Source: an uncultured Gammaproteobacteria bacterium
GTDB taxonomy: Bacteria; Patescibacteriota; Microgenomatia; Daviesbacterales; UBA10151
Length of the DNA stretch: 64,000 bases
Reading direction: 5' to 3'
NCBI GenBank assembly: GCA_964551605.1
Contig: CAZKCV010000004.1
Span: forward strand, 7,331 to 71,330
The notes below the pieces were generated by a model that did not search any database, had not been told where the DNA came from, and saw nothing but the letters and a program-made list of their open reading frames with translations. The position numbers were made by a program, and so were the translations under genes. Every line of letters starts with the position of its first letter. Position 1 is the first letter of the stretch. Shown in pieces: positions 1-10,246 of this stretch.

Positions 1-8
1 TTGGGATT

Positions 9-626
9 ATGGCAGTCTTAGCCCCGGGATTTTTGGAAAAATCGTTGCAAATTAAGGCTGCTGATGCCTCATACGTCCTGATTATTCCTTTAGGACTGGG
101 GATTGTCACAGGAGGGATCATTTTGGGTAGGTTCGGCAGCAGCTTGATTAAAAGAAAATTAGTGGCCCGGGCCATTCTTTTTATCGGGTTGCTGCTTTTT
201 CTGGTTGGTTTAGCCCCGCTGATTTCCCCGGCTATCCGTTATTTCCAGTCCCCTAAGCCGGTACCATTTTTATACCAACCGCCGCTTTCCAAAGTATTAG
301 TCATAGGGTCGTTTTTAATAGGGATGGCAGTGGTTTCAATCCTGATTCCTTCCCAAACAGTGCTTCAGCAAAATACGCCCGAAGCAGACCGGGGTAAGGT
401 TTTTGCTGTCTTAGGGGTAGCTATGTCTGCACTCTCTTTAGTCCCAATTTTTCTGGTAGGTATTTTGGCTGATGTTTTCGGCACCACCCCTATTTTTATC
501 GGACTGGGGGCTTTAGTGATTGCGGTGGGGCTCTTTGGGCTTAATCCCAGTTTATTCTTTCGCAAGCACGAGTTATCTTACCGGGTCAGGGAATTTTTGG
601 GATTGGGGCATTGGGAAGGCAAGTGA
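9..626 (+). CDS. MFS transporter, C-terminal part (begins before the window)
   Basis: Multiple hydrophobic helices; 'QTVLQQNTPEADRGKVF' is a typical MFS loop motif; open at the window edge. Confidence 0.8.
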   Translation: MAVLAPGFLEKSLQIKAADASYVLIIPLGLGIVTGGIILGRFGSSLIKRKLVARAILFIGLLLFLVGLAPLISPAIRYFQSPKPVPFLYQPPLSKVLVIGSFLIGMAVVSILIPSQTVLQQNTPEADRGKVFAVLGVAMSALSLVPIFLVGILADVFGTTPIFIGLGALVIAVGLFGLNPSLFFRKHELSYRVREFLGLGHWEGK

Positions 627-1684
627 TGTTTCTGAAAAAGCTGAACTTAACTAATTTTCGAAATTATGCTAGTTTAGAGCTGGAATTTGATCACAGGCCG
701 ACTATTTTAGTTGGCAATAACGCGGCCGGCAAATCGAATATCCTGGAAGCAGTTTATCTTTTATCAACCTCTAAATCCTTAAGGGTAGAAACAGAAGATG
801 AGTTAATAAAGCAGGGAGAAAGTTTTGCTAGAGCGGAAGGTTTCTTGGAAAACGCAGGAGATCTGGCACTATTGGTCATGATCAACAGACCCAGCAAAGA
901 AGTACTTTTTAGGAAGAAAGTACTGGTAAATGGAGTTTCCCGAAGAGTGGTGGATTTTATCGGAAACTTACCGGCAGTTATCTTCTATCCGTCTGACATT
1001 AATCTGGTGACCGGCTCACCCAGCCTTCGCCGCTGGCACCTGGATTTGAGCCTGGCTCAAATTGATCCGCAATATAAAAAGGCGCTGACTTCGTATGAAC
1101 AATTCCTGACTGCCAGGAATAGGGTTTTGAAAAGGATTAGGGAAGGGCATGGCAGAAAGGATGAATTAGATTATTGGACCGGCGAGCTGGTAAAAAATGG
1201 CCAGGTTATTTCGGAAAAAAGAATGGTATTTTTTAGTTTCATCAATCCGGCGGTTGCCGGACCTTTAGGAGAATTTCGGTTTGGATACAAGCCCAGTGAG
1301 GTCACTGTTGAGAAGTTGACTGAAACAAATGGCAGGGAGGTGGCAGCAGCAGCTACATTAATTGGTCCGCATAGGGATGATTTTGATATATTACTAGAGA
1401 ATCGCAATATTGCTCATTTCGGCTCCCGGGGTGAACAGAGAACCGGCACTTTGGCTTTTAAATTAGCTCAGCTTGAATATATGGCTAAAATATTGGGGAA
1501 GCGGCCAATACTTTTACTGGATGATGTTTTTTCTGAATTGGATGCCGACCATCGCGCTCATGTAGTGGCAGTGGTCAGCAAACAGCAAACCATTATTGCT
1601 ACAGTAGAGTTGGAAAATATCCCCCAGGATTTTCTAAATGCAGCCAGAATCTTGAGAGTAGAGGATGGGAAGATCAGCGCTTAA
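626..1684 (+). CDS. recF: DNA replication/repair protein RecF
   Basis: NFRNY, Walker A GNNAAGKSN, GPHRDD, SRGEQR, LLLDDVFSELD; ATG at 626 overlaps the upstream stop. Confidence 0.95.
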   Translation: MFLKKLNLTNFRNYASLELEFDHRPTILVGNNAAGKSNILEAVYLLSTSKSLRVETEDELIKQGESFARAEGFLENAGDLALLVMINRPSKEVLFRKKVLVNGVSRRVVDFIGNLPAVIFYPSDINLVTGSPSLRRWHLDLSLAQIDPQYKKALTSYEQFLTARNRVLKRIREGHGRKDELDYWTGELVKNGQVISEKRMVFFSFINPAVAGPLGEFRFGYKPSEVTVEKLTETNGREVAAAATLIGPHRDDFDILLENRNIAHFGSRGEQRTGTLAFKLAQLEYMAKILGKRPILLLDDVFSELDADHRAHVVAVVSKQQTIIATVELENIPQDFLNAARILRVEDGKISA

Positions 1685-1991
1685 GTCCCCACCTTTGAGC
1701 TAATCGGGAAAGCTGGAAAGTCACCAGTACACCCAATAAGGTAACTAAGATCGCATAGATAAATCTTGATAATACTCCTGAGCCGGGTACAGTAGGTTCG
1801 ATGAAGTCTTTAACTGTTTGTTGGATTGTTTCATTCCAGGCTAAAGCTGCGGCAAAACCAAAAGCAGACGTTGATAGGGTGACCAGTTGAGCTGTAAACT
1901 CCTTATAAGGAGACCTTGAAAGCTTGCTTGAAAGGTTTCCTTTCAAGCTTCGCTTATAGAAAACTAATCCATTCTTTTTCTTCTTGGCCAT
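1674..1991 (-). CDS. small two-TM membrane protein (DUF5654-like)
   Basis: 'TSAFGFAAALAWNETIQ...YAILVT' pattern recalled for this family. Confidence 0.7.
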   Translation of the reverse strand: MAKKKKNGLVFYKRSLKGNLSSKLSRSPYKEFTAQLVTLSTSAFGFAAALAWNETIQQTVKDFIEPTVPGSGVLSRFIYAILVTLLGVLVTFQLSRLAQRWGLKR

Positions 1992-2010
1992 ATCTTGTAT
2001 CATATAACAA

Positions 2011-3066
2011 ATGACGAACTTAGTTAAACTGCCCGGTTTAATTGATCCTCATGTTCATCTTCGCGAGCCGGGTGCTACCCAGAAGGAGGATTTTGAAACC
2101 GGCACCAAGGCCGCTATTGCGGGAGGCTACACTACAGTTTTAGATATGCCTAATAACCCGATAGCCACAGTATCCCCGGAAGCTTTACAGGAAAAAATAA
2201 ATTTAGCCAGTAATAAAATCTACTGTGATGTGGGGTTTCACTTTGGGGCCAGCGGTAAAAGTGTCCAGTATTTTCAGGAAGTTGCCCCTAAAGTTTTCGG
2301 ACTGAAGGTTTATATGAACCAGACCACCGGAGATTTGTTAATTGAAGACGATAATATTTTAGAGTCAATTTTTTCTGCCTGGCCTAAAAATATACCGGTC
2401 ATGGTGCATGCAGAAGGGGATACGCTGCAAAAAGCTATTTCTTTAGCCAAAAAATTTAGTAATCGATTACATGTTTGTCATGTTTCCTTAAGAAAGGAGA
2501 TTGCAGCTATTAAAGCGGCCAAAGAAGCTGGTATGGAAATAAGCTGTGAAGTGAGCTGCCATCACCTGTTTTTAACTGATGAAGATGCAAAAAGATTGGG
2601 TCCATACGGACTAATGAAGCCACCGCTTTCGAGTAAAGAAGATCAAGTTGCCTTGTGGGATGGGTTAAAAGACGGGACTATTGATATGATTGCCTCTGAC
2701 CATGCTCCGCATACCAAAGAGGAGAAGCAAGGGGAAAAACCACCCTTTGGTGTACCGGGATTGGAAACTACGCTATCATTGCTTCTGACAGCTGTAAATA
2801 ATGGCCGGTTGACTGTTGAAAGGTTGATTGAGTTAACTTCCGTAAGTCCCCGGAAAGTTTTTGGCATTCCTGAACAAAATGATACTTATGTTGAGGTGGA
2901 TATGGAGGAGAATTGGACAATTAATGATAAGAACTTGCAAACTAAATGCGGCTGGACCCCCTTTGCAGGAATGAAAGTCACAGGGAAAGTGAAAAAGGTG
3001 GTTTTAAGAGGGAAAATGGTATTTGATGGGCAGACTATCTTTGGTCCATACGGACAGATTCTCTGA
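2011..3066 (+). CDS. pyrC: dihydroorotase (amidohydrolase family)
   Basis: LPGLIDPHVHLREPG, DMPN, ASDHAPH, GVPGLET; pyrB/carAB nearby. Confidence 0.92.
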   Translation: MTNLVKLPGLIDPHVHLREPGATQKEDFETGTKAAIAGGYTTVLDMPNNPIATVSPEALQEKINLASNKIYCDVGFHFGASGKSVQYFQEVAPKVFGLKVYMNQTTGDLLIEDDNILESIFSAWPKNIPVMVHAEGDTLQKAISLAKKFSNRLHVCHVSLRKEIAAIKAAKEAGMEISCEVSCHHLFLTDEDAKRLGPYGLMKPPLSSKEDQVALWDGLKDGTIDMIASDHAPHTKEEKQGEKPPFGVPGLETTLSLLLTAVNNGRLTVERLIELTSVSPRKVFGIPEQNDTYVEVDMEENWTINDKNLQTKCGWTPFAGMKVTGKVKKVVLRGKMVFDGQTIFGPYGQIL

Positions 3067-3067
3067 A

Positions 3068-3096
3068 TTGACACTTTGGTTTTTTTGTGCTATATT
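3068..3096 (+). promoter_or_regulatory. sigma70-type promoter for the arg leader
   Basis: TTGACA-17 bp-TATATT. Confidence 0.7.
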
Positions 3097-3100
3097 TTAT

Positions 3101-3362
3101 AGTTAAATGCGTTTGTTTGCGTAAGCAACGATAAGTCCGCCGCAGCGGACGAGCAGCATACATCAGCCTTCGGGTAGAGTATGACAGAAATTGAACTGTA
3201 TAAATACAATAAGCGTGTCGGTAGCGGAGCGCTAATGAGGATTACCTCAAACAGTCTCCGCCGAAAGGCGGATTTTAAATGGGTAATCGAATACAAGGTG
3301 GCACCACGGAGATCCCGTCCTTGAGTTTAACTTTAATGTTAAAGTCAGAGACGGGATTTTTT
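3101..3362 (+). ncRNA. T-box riboswitch leader (probably Arg)
   Basis: Antiterminator CAAGG-TGGCACC-ACGG-AGATC-CCGT-CCTTG (3294-3323) overlaps a terminator ATCCCGTC...GACGGGAT plus T-run (3312-3362) directly before argH. Confidence 0.85.
3312..3362 (+). terminator. T-box terminator hairpin
   Basis: ATCCCGTC/GACGGGAT stem with inner pairing, followed by a T-run ending at the argH ATG. Confidence 0.8.
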
Positions 3363-4565
3363 ATGAAAAAATTATGGCAGAAAAGTGAATATAAGTTAGA
3401 CCCGGTTGTGGAAGCCTTTGAAACCAAAGGAGATCTTTTGATGGATCAAAAACTGCTCAAATTTGATGTGCAGGGTTCATTAGCCCATGCCAAAATGCTT
3501 TTTAAGATCGGAATTTTATCTAAAAAAGAACTGGAAAAGATAGAAAAAGCTCTTAAGGAGATTTTGGATTTGGATAGAGCCGGGAAGTTTAATTTGGAAA
3601 TGGGGGATGAAGACATACACACCAAGATTGAAAACTATATTACCGAAAAATATGGTGAAGTGGGTCAAAAGCTGCATACCGGCAGGTCCAGAAATGACCA
3701 AGTACTAACTATGATCAGGCTTTATGGTAAAGACCAATTAGAGGCTATTGAGCTTGAATTAAATAACCTAATCAAGAGTTTTACTGTTTTTTCCCAAAAA
3801 TATGGTGCCATTAAAATGCCAGGTTATACCCATATGCAAAAAGCCATGCCTTCTTCAATTAAGATTTGGTGTGGTAGCTTTTTAAGCTCGTTACAGGATG
3901 ATATGGTTTTGCTTAAAAGTGCGATGGAGTTAAATAATCAGTCGCCTTTAGGATCAGGAGCAGGTTATGGTGTGCCGCTTGATCTGGACAAGAAATATTC
4001 TGCCAAGCTATTAGGATTTTCAAAAGTGCAGGAAAATCCGCTTTATTGTCAAAACTCCAAAGGTAAAACTGAGGCAGTAGTAATTGCCGGTTTAATTAGT
4101 ATTCTGCAAACTATAAATAAGTTTGCTTCAGATATGTTGTTGTTTACAACTGCTGAATTTGGTTTCTTTGTAATGTCTGACAAGGTGACTACCGGTTCCA
4201 GTATTATGCCGCAGAAAAAGAATGTGGATTTAGCAGAGTTACTAAGGGGTAAAGTTTCCCTGGTGTTAGGAAATTATGTTCAAATGGTCAGCCTTACGAC
4301 TAACTTAATCTCCGGTTATAACCGGGATTTGCAGGATATTAAAAAACCTTTAATAGAAAGCTTGGAAACCACTTTGGACAGCCTGAAAGTAACTAAGATT
4401 TTACTGGAGAATTCAACTCCTAATCAGGAAGTCCTGGAAAAAGCCATGACTCCGGAAATATTTGCTGCTGAAAAAGCTTTGGATTTAGTTAAAAAAGGAA
4501 TGCCGTTTAGAATAGCATATCAAAGAATCGGAGAGGAGGTGGATAACAGTGAAACAAACAACTAG
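3363..4565 (+). CDS. argH: argininosuccinate lyase
   Basis: LHTGRSRNDQV, PGYTHMQ, GSSIMPQKKN, GYNRDLQ; true start MKKLWQ at 3363. Confidence 0.95.
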   Translation: MKKLWQKSEYKLDPVVEAFETKGDLLMDQKLLKFDVQGSLAHAKMLFKIGILSKKELEKIEKALKEILDLDRAGKFNLEMGDEDIHTKIENYITEKYGEVGQKLHTGRSRNDQVLTMIRLYGKDQLEAIELELNNLIKSFTVFSQKYGAIKMPGYTHMQKAMPSSIKIWCGSFLSSLQDDMVLLKSAMELNNQSPLGSGAGYGVPLDLDKKYSAKLLGFSKVQENPLYCQNSKGKTEAVVIAGLISILQTINKFASDMLLFTTAEFGFFVMSDKVTTGSSIMPQKKNVDLAELLRGKVSLVLGNYVQMVSLTTNLISGYNRDLQDIKKPLIESLETTLDSLKVTKILLENSTPNQEVLEKAMTPEIFAAEKALDLVKKGMPFRIAYQRIGEEVDNSETNN

Positions 4566-5805
4566 TTATATTAAAGTTGCTTCTCATGAAGGTAAAGTCG
4601 GGGAAGTTAAAAAGGTGCTCCTGCTTTATTCCGGAGGATTGGATACCTCAGTCATGCTGAAATGGATCCAGGACCAGTATAAATGTCAGGTAGTAACCTT
4701 AACAGCGGATTTAGGTCAGCAACACGATGATTTGGAGGCGATTAAGCAAAAAGCACTCAAGTTCGGAGCAAAAGAAGCAGTAGTTTTGGATTTAAAAGAT
4801 GAGTTTGCTAATGAATATATTAGTAAGGGCATTAAAGCTAATGCTTCTTACCAGGGTAATTATTATTTATCAACTCCGATGGGCAGGGCGGTTTTAGGGA
4901 AAGAGGTGGTGAAGGTTGCTAAAAAATATGGTTGTGATGCGATTGCGCATGGCTGTACGGGTAAAGGAAATGACCAGGTTAGAATTGAGAGCTATATTTT
5001 AACCCATGATCCGAAAATGAAAATTGTTGCCCCTGTCAGGGAGTGGGCTATGGATAGAAATGAAGAAATCGCTTATGCGAAGAAACATGGAATACCAATT
5101 CCGGCGACAGTGGATTTTCCATACAGCGATGATGACAATATGTGGGGGATTACCTGGGAAGGCGGAGAGATAACTGACCCTAGTTTAATCGTATCTGAGG
5201 AAAAATTTCTAACAACTTATACTTTACCTAGAGATGCTTCTGATAAAGAGGAATTAGTAAAGCTTAAATTTGAAAAAGGAATTCCGGTTGCTTTAAATGG
5301 GGAAAAATTGAGTTTAGCTAAGTTAGTTATCAGACTGAATAAACTGGCAGGTAAACATGGTGTGGGAACATTTCAGATTCTGGAAGACAGGTTAATCGGA
5401 CTTAAAAACAGGGGAGTGTATGAACATCCTGGTGCCCATGTCATTATTGAAGCTCACAAAAACCTGGAAAAGTATGTTTCTACCCGGGTATTAAATGAGC
5501 TAAAAGCAATAATGGATATTAAATGGGGATATTTGTGTTACGGGGCATTGTGGTTTGATCCGGCAATGAAGGCAATAAATGCTTTCAATGACCAGGTTAA
5601 CGAAAAAGTTACCGGCGAAGTAATTATTAAATTATTTAAGGGTAGTACTACGGTAGTGGCTGTAAAGTCACCTTTTGCCTTAGATTATGCCTCATTTAAT
5701 AATACTGAGGGGTATGAGTTTAATGTCAACGCTGCTGCCGGGTTTATTGAGACTTACTCTTTGCAAATGAAGCTGGCTAATCAAGTAGGGAAAGGAAAAA
5801 AGTGA
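4549..5805 (+). CDS. argG: argininosuccinate synthase
   Basis: YSGGLDTS, AHGCTGKGNDQVR, EDRLIGLKNRGVYE. Confidence 0.96.
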   Translation: MKQTTSYIKVASHEGKVGEVKKVLLLYSGGLDTSVMLKWIQDQYKCQVVTLTADLGQQHDDLEAIKQKALKFGAKEAVVLDLKDEFANEYISKGIKANASYQGNYYLSTPMGRAVLGKEVVKVAKKYGCDAIAHGCTGKGNDQVRIESYILTHDPKMKIVAPVREWAMDRNEEIAYAKKHGIPIPATVDFPYSDDDNMWGITWEGGEITDPSLIVSEEKFLTTYTLPRDASDKEELVKLKFEKGIPVALNGEKLSLAKLVIRLNKLAGKHGVGTFQILEDRLIGLKNRGVYEHPGAHVIIEAHKNLEKYVSTRVLNELKAIMDIKWGYLCYGALWFDPAMKAINAFNDQVNEKVTGEVIIKLFKGSTTVVAVKSPFALDYASFNNTEGYEFNVNAAAGFIETYSLQMKLANQVGKGKK

Positions 5806-6740
5806 GCAAAGTACAGCATCTTTTGTCCATTACTGATTTATCAGCCAAAGAAATTTGGTCAGTTTTTAAACTGGCCAAAAAGCTCAAACAGGAGCTTAAA
5901 AGCAAGGGTAGTAATAAGCCTTTTCTTAAAGGTAAATCCTTAGTGCTTATTTTTGAAAAGCAGTCGCTTCGCACCAGGATATCCTTTGAGATCGGCATGG
6001 CTCAGTTCGGCGGTCATACTCTTTATCTTGACCCGCGGGATACCGGGATTGGGGTCAGGGAGTCAGAAGCAGATATTGCCAGAGTACTTTCCGGCATGGC
6101 AGATATCATCGCAGCCAGGACTTACTCGCATCAGACAATCGTGGACATTGCCCAAAATGCCACGATTCCGGTAATTAACGCCTTGTCAGATATAGAACAC
6201 CCGTGTCAGGCATTAACAGACCTGTTTACTATTTGGGAAGTTAAAAATTATAAGAATTTATCCGGATTAACTGTTAGTTATGTGGGGGATGGAGATAATA
6301 ATGTGGCCCATTCTTTATGTCTGGGTACCGCAATGTTGGGGATGAATTTTAGGTGTGGATCACCAAAGGGTTATTCTTTGAATTCAGAAATAGTTAAAAG
6401 AGCCAGAAAATATCAGGCAAATATTTTGCAAACCGAAGATCCCAAAGAGGCAGTTTCAGGAGCCGATATAGTAGTGACTGATACTTGGATTAGTATGGGT
6501 GATACGGATAAAGAGGGTAGGATTAAAAAATTCAAAAAGTATCAGGTGACTCAGGCTTTAATGAGATATGCCAAGAAGGATGCCATTTTTATGCATTGTC
6601 TGCCAGCCTACAGGGGGAAGGAAGTGACTGCTGAAGTAATTGACGGTCCGCAGTCAGTGGTTTTCCAGGAAGCAGAAAATAGGCTTCATGTCCAGAAGGC
6701 TTTGATATTTTTCCTTTTAGGGAATAGAGCGAATCATTAA
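5802..6740 (+). CDS. argF: ornithine carbamoyltransferase
   Basis: FEKQSLRTR, HPCQ, HCLPA, EAENR. Confidence 0.93.
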   Translation: MSKVQHLLSITDLSAKEIWSVFKLAKKLKQELKSKGSNKPFLKGKSLVLIFEKQSLRTRISFEIGMAQFGGHTLYLDPRDTGIGVRESEADIARVLSGMADIIAARTYSHQTIVDIAQNATIPVINALSDIEHPCQALTDLFTIWEVKNYKNLSGLTVSYVGDGDNNVAHSLCLGTAMLGMNFRCGSPKGYSLNSEIVKRARKYQANILQTEDPKEAVSGADIVVTDTWISMGDTDKEGRIKKFKKYQVTQALMRYAKKDAIFMHCLPAYRGKEVTAEVIDGPQSVVFQEAENRLHVQKALIFFLLGNRANH

Positions 6741-6762
6741 TATGATAAAAGAAAAAGAAAGT

Positions 6763-7737
6763 TTATTTAACTAACTTATTACTAAAGACTTCAGCCAGCA
6801 TGCAACGGGCACTGCCGCCGCCGATTGTCTCTATGGTAGGAATGCTAACAGGGACAAGGTCACCATGATCTAGTAGTTGTTTTCTTTGATCTTTAGTAAA
6901 CGCATCATACGCCGTAACAGACATTATGATTTTATTCTTTCCTAAAATGGATCTTACCTGTAAGATGTTGCCGCAAAAAGAATGTAGTTGATCTAAGGTA
7001 ATCGGTATAGTTTCTAATCCCAATGTAGTCAGTTCCTTTTTAACAGTTTCGCGTTCTCTAACGTCTTTCATTGCCTCAAAACACACAGTAGAAAAATCTT
7101 CACCAATGGTCATTACTACATTCGTGTGATAAATTGGTTTTTTGTTTTTATCATATGCATGAAATTTGACTGGTCGGTAACCAGTTTTGTTGCAGAAATC
7201 ATCTAAAACTGAACAAGATGTTCTAGCAGATTCATGAGCAAAAGCTACTTTTCTTCTGCGATCAAGAATGAGGCTTCCGGTACCTTCAAGAAAAGACTCT
7301 GTTGCTTCATAATGAGTAAGATCCAAGATGGCTGAATGATCAATTTGAAGTCCCAGAGCCCGGCTGACATTGTCCAATTGTCTTTCAGCTCTCCTATTTG
7401 GAGCAAGCATAGGATACAGGATGATATTCGTGCTGCTTAATTCATTATGGAAGGAAATCCAGTTATTAGGAAAAACTGCATCAGGCGTGATTACATCTTC
7501 TCTGCTAGGACAGATTAAGACTCTGATATTATTCTTACGTAACGAAGCTACTGCGGCATTAAATTCTAACACAGCCTTATTACGGATTTCTTCGGAGTTA
7601 TGCGGTAAATTATTTTGGAAAGTATTAGTAGTGGCGGTTTGATTATTGAAACCAAATTGATCGGGGCTAATCATTAAGAGGGTATCTGTTAATTGGGCAG
7701 ACTTAGACGACAAGAGTGCTTCTGTTGTAGTAGTCAT
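6763..7737 (-). CDS. amidinotransferase-family protein (citrulline-utilisation CtlX-like)
   Basis: PDAVFPNNW, LEGTG, IYHTN, GGGSARCM. Confidence 0.85.
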   Translation of the reverse strand: MTTTTEALLSSKSAQLTDTLLMISPDQFGFNNQTATTNTFQNNLPHNSEEIRNKAVLEFNAAVASLRKNNIRVLICPSREDVITPDAVFPNNWISFHNELSSTNIILYPMLAPNRRAERQLDNVSRALGLQIDHSAILDLTHYEATESFLEGTGSLILDRRRKVAFAHESARTSCSVLDDFCNKTGYRPVKFHAYDKNKKPIYHTNVVMTIGEDFSTVCFEAMKDVRERETVKKELTTLGLETIPITLDQLHSFCGNILQVRSILGKNKIIMSVTAYDAFTKDQRKQLLDHGDLVPVSIPTIETIGGGSARCMLAEVFSNKLVK

Positions 7738-7798
7738 AAGATTTAGGCAATGTATAGGATCTTATACCTCGGATTTAAGGTTGTCAATAATTCGCAAC

Positions 7799-8299
7799 TT
7801 AAAAAGTTGGTGTAGGATGGGTGGGGAAAGGACTGAGCGGATAAGGGAGAATAGTTACCCTTAGTCCGGTTGCCTGATCCACATGATCAGTGCCGCGCTT
7901 TGCGCCCAGCTTGATCATGGTCATAGATTTTAATATTTCTGGTGGGTATCTATTGTCGTTTCCGACAGCACATTTAACAGCTTCTGCAAGGGAAAAAGGA
8001 TCCTGATCTATAACCAAATATAGTCCTTCGCCGCATTGTTTTCTGCGTGAGTTGCACACCTGTAATATTTGTTCCGCTCTTTCCTGATCTGAATCGCATA
8101 CGACGAGAGGAGAGGGGTCTGGTATTCCGGCCTCAGTTAATAATTTGCCCGCTTCTTCTTTGATTATTGTATCAGGCAAGCCTTCTTTGCGACTAAGGAA
8201 ACTTCCGCCATACGAACAGTGGACTGTTTTTACAAAAGGACAAATATCTTGAATCCTTGTTTCTGTTGCATTACCAATTAAAATAATACGTTCAGCCAT
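7799..8299 (-). CDS. hypothetical protein
   Basis: 166-aa ORF between co-directional genes; no recognised motif. Confidence 0.55.
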   Translation of the reverse strand: MAERIILIGNATETRIQDICPFVKTVHCSYGGSFLSRKEGLPDTIIKEEAGKLLTEAGIPDPSPLVVCDSDQERAEQILQVCNSRRKQCGEGLYLVIDQDPFSLAEAVKCAVGNDNRYPPEILKSMTMIKLGAKRGTDHVDQATGLRVTILPYPLSPFPTHPTPTF

Positions 8300-8338
8300 A
8301 CAAGATTTCTATAACATATATGAAATATAATTTCAATA

Positions 8339-10246
8339 CTACATTCTATTAGGTGCCTCAATACATAGTAGGTTTAGACCTTTTTTGATAACTTGAGCAG
8401 CAGCCCTGGTTAGTCGGAGGCGAGTATTTCTTATATTTAAATCCGGTTCATTGAATACGCTGACTTGTTTATAAAAATCGCTGAATAAACCAGCGGTATG
8501 GTAAATATGATCCGCGATCACCTCCGGACTGTTTTTTGCTCCGGCTAACGCAACTATTTCGGGAAACTTACTTATTTGTTTAATCAATAGAAATTCTGAT
8601 TGGTCAGTTGTTTTAACGGGTATATCTGGCGCTAGTTTTATTGCTTCTTCTTCAGCGCGTCTTAGTAGTGCTGCCATTCTGGCGTGGGCATATTGGATAT
8701 AAGGAGCACTGTATCCGGTAAAAGATAAAGCTTTATCCCAGTCAAAACTGATTGATCTCTCTCTGTTTTGTCCAAGATCAAAAAAAGCCACCGCCCCAAC
8801 TCCTACTTGTTTTGCTATGATTTCTTTTTCCTCGGGAGGGAGGTTTTTATTAATCTCATTGATTTTTTGTCTGGCCCTATCAATAGCTTCATTTAGTACA
8901 TCCTCCAAAAATATCACTCTGCCGGCCCTGGTGGACATTTTGCCTTCCGGCAGCTTAATCATCCCAAAATGAAGATGTTCAAGATGCGGTCTTTTGCCGT
9001 CGGTCATTTTATCGAAAGTGGCAAAAACTTGCTGAAAGTAATCTTGTTGATCTTCGCCAACTACATAAAGGATGCGGTCCGGTTGAAACCAGGCGCACCG
9101 GGCAACCAGTGTAGCTAAATCACGGGTAGAATAGAGGCTTGTTCCGTCAGCCTTTTGAATGACTAAATTCTTAAGGTTCCTTTCCGATAAATCGACTATG
9201 GCAGCTCCTGTTTCATCGATAGTAGCAATACCCCGGTCTTTCGTATATTGCAAGACAGGAGGCAACATGCTGAAATAAAATGATTCGCCCAGCATGTATT
9301 CATACTTCGTTCCGAGCAAATCATAAACTTTCTGGAATTCGGTTAAACTTTGTTCAGTAGCCCACTTTAGTAGTTTTAATGCCTCTGTGTCACCTGCTTC
9401 TAGTCTTTGGAACCATTTTCTTCCTTCTCTCTCCAGAGGGGTTTCTACCTCGGCGTTAGGATCGCGCAATCTTGCTCTTTCTGCCGCTCTCTCTTTTTCA
9501 ACCTCATCATGTATACGGACGTACAGTTTGTATAAGCCTCTTACAGGGTCGGTATTATCGCGCAGTTCTTCGTAATCCTGACTCCAGAGTTCGTAAGCCC
9601 TTGTCAGCATGCCGAATTGGGTACCCCAATCTCCCAAGTGGTTATCACGGATAACGGTATAACCATTAGCACGATGTATCCGCGCAAGCGATTCCCCAAT
9701 GATAGTTGATCTGAGATGGCCAACACTCATATATTTGGCTACATTTGGAGAAGAGCAGTCAATAATAATTGTTTTACCGCCACCTGTTTTTTGCTCTCCA
9801 TACCGATCTTGATAGGTTTCAATTTCCGTAAGGACTTGGGAAGTAAACACCCCTGGATCAAGTTGAAAATTAAGGTATCCGCCTTCAGCATTGGCTTGTT
9901 TGATTGCTTGAGGGTGGGGTTCTTGATTAAAACCTGTAGCCAACTCTTGAGCAATTTGTGCTGGACTTTTTCTTAGAGTTTTTGCCATTCCGTGACAGAC
10001 TATAGTCAAGTCAGCTTGGATCCTGGAAGGTGGTTCGATTACTTGTATGCTTGTTTCTGTTAAAGCATGATTAAGACCTGTTAAATGAGTTTCTAATTCT
10101 TTCTGTAATTTTGCCCAGACATATTCGTTGTTTTCAGGTATTGTTGTCAGATTTGGTTCGACAACAGGAATCATGCTTTTTGGAAGGGGGGGGACAGGAA
10201 TTCCCAGATAGTGTAAATCAGATTCAGGATTTCCCTGTGTTTTCAT
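8339..10246 (-). CDS. argS: arginine--tRNA ligase
   Basis: SSPNVAKYMSVGHLRS (HIGH-type), HLGDWGTQFG, KMSTRAG, YIQYAHAR; start MKTQGN overlaps the upstream stop. Confidence 0.95.
   Translation of the reverse strand: MKTQGNPESDLHYLGIPVPPLPKSMIPVVEPNLTTIPENNEYVWAKLQKELETHLTGLNHALTETSIQVIEPPSRIQADLTIVCHGMAKTLRKSPAQIAQELATGFNQEPHPQAIKQANAEGGYLNFQLDPGVFTSQVLTEIETYQDRYGEQKTGGGKTIIIDCSSPNVAKYMSVGHLRSTIIGESLARIHRANGYTVIRDNHLGDWGTQFGMLTRAYELWSQDYEELRDNTDPVRGLYKLYVRIHDEVEKERAAERARLRDPNAEVETPLEREGRKWFQRLEAGDTEALKLLKWATEQSLTEFQKVYDLLGTKYEYMLGESFYFSMLPPVLQYTKDRGIATIDETGAAIVDLSERNLKNLVIQKADGTSLYSTRDLATLVARCAWFQPDRILYVVGEDQQDYFQQVFATFDKMTDGKRPHLEHLHFGMIKLPEGKMSTRAGRVIFLEDVLNEAIDRARQKINEINKNLPPEEKEIIAKQVGVGAVAFFDLGQNRERSISFDWDKALSFTGYSAPYIQYAHARMAALLRRAEEEAIKLAPDIPVKTTDQSEFLLIKQISKFPEIVALAGAKNSPEVIADHIYHTAGLFSDFYKQVSVFNEPDLNIRNTRLRLTRAAAQVIKKGLNLLCIEAPNRM

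Noticed and set aside
3279-3362. N-terminal extension of argH in the ORF track
   Set aside because: It is the T-box antiterminator/terminator; ArgH-like sequence starts at 3363.
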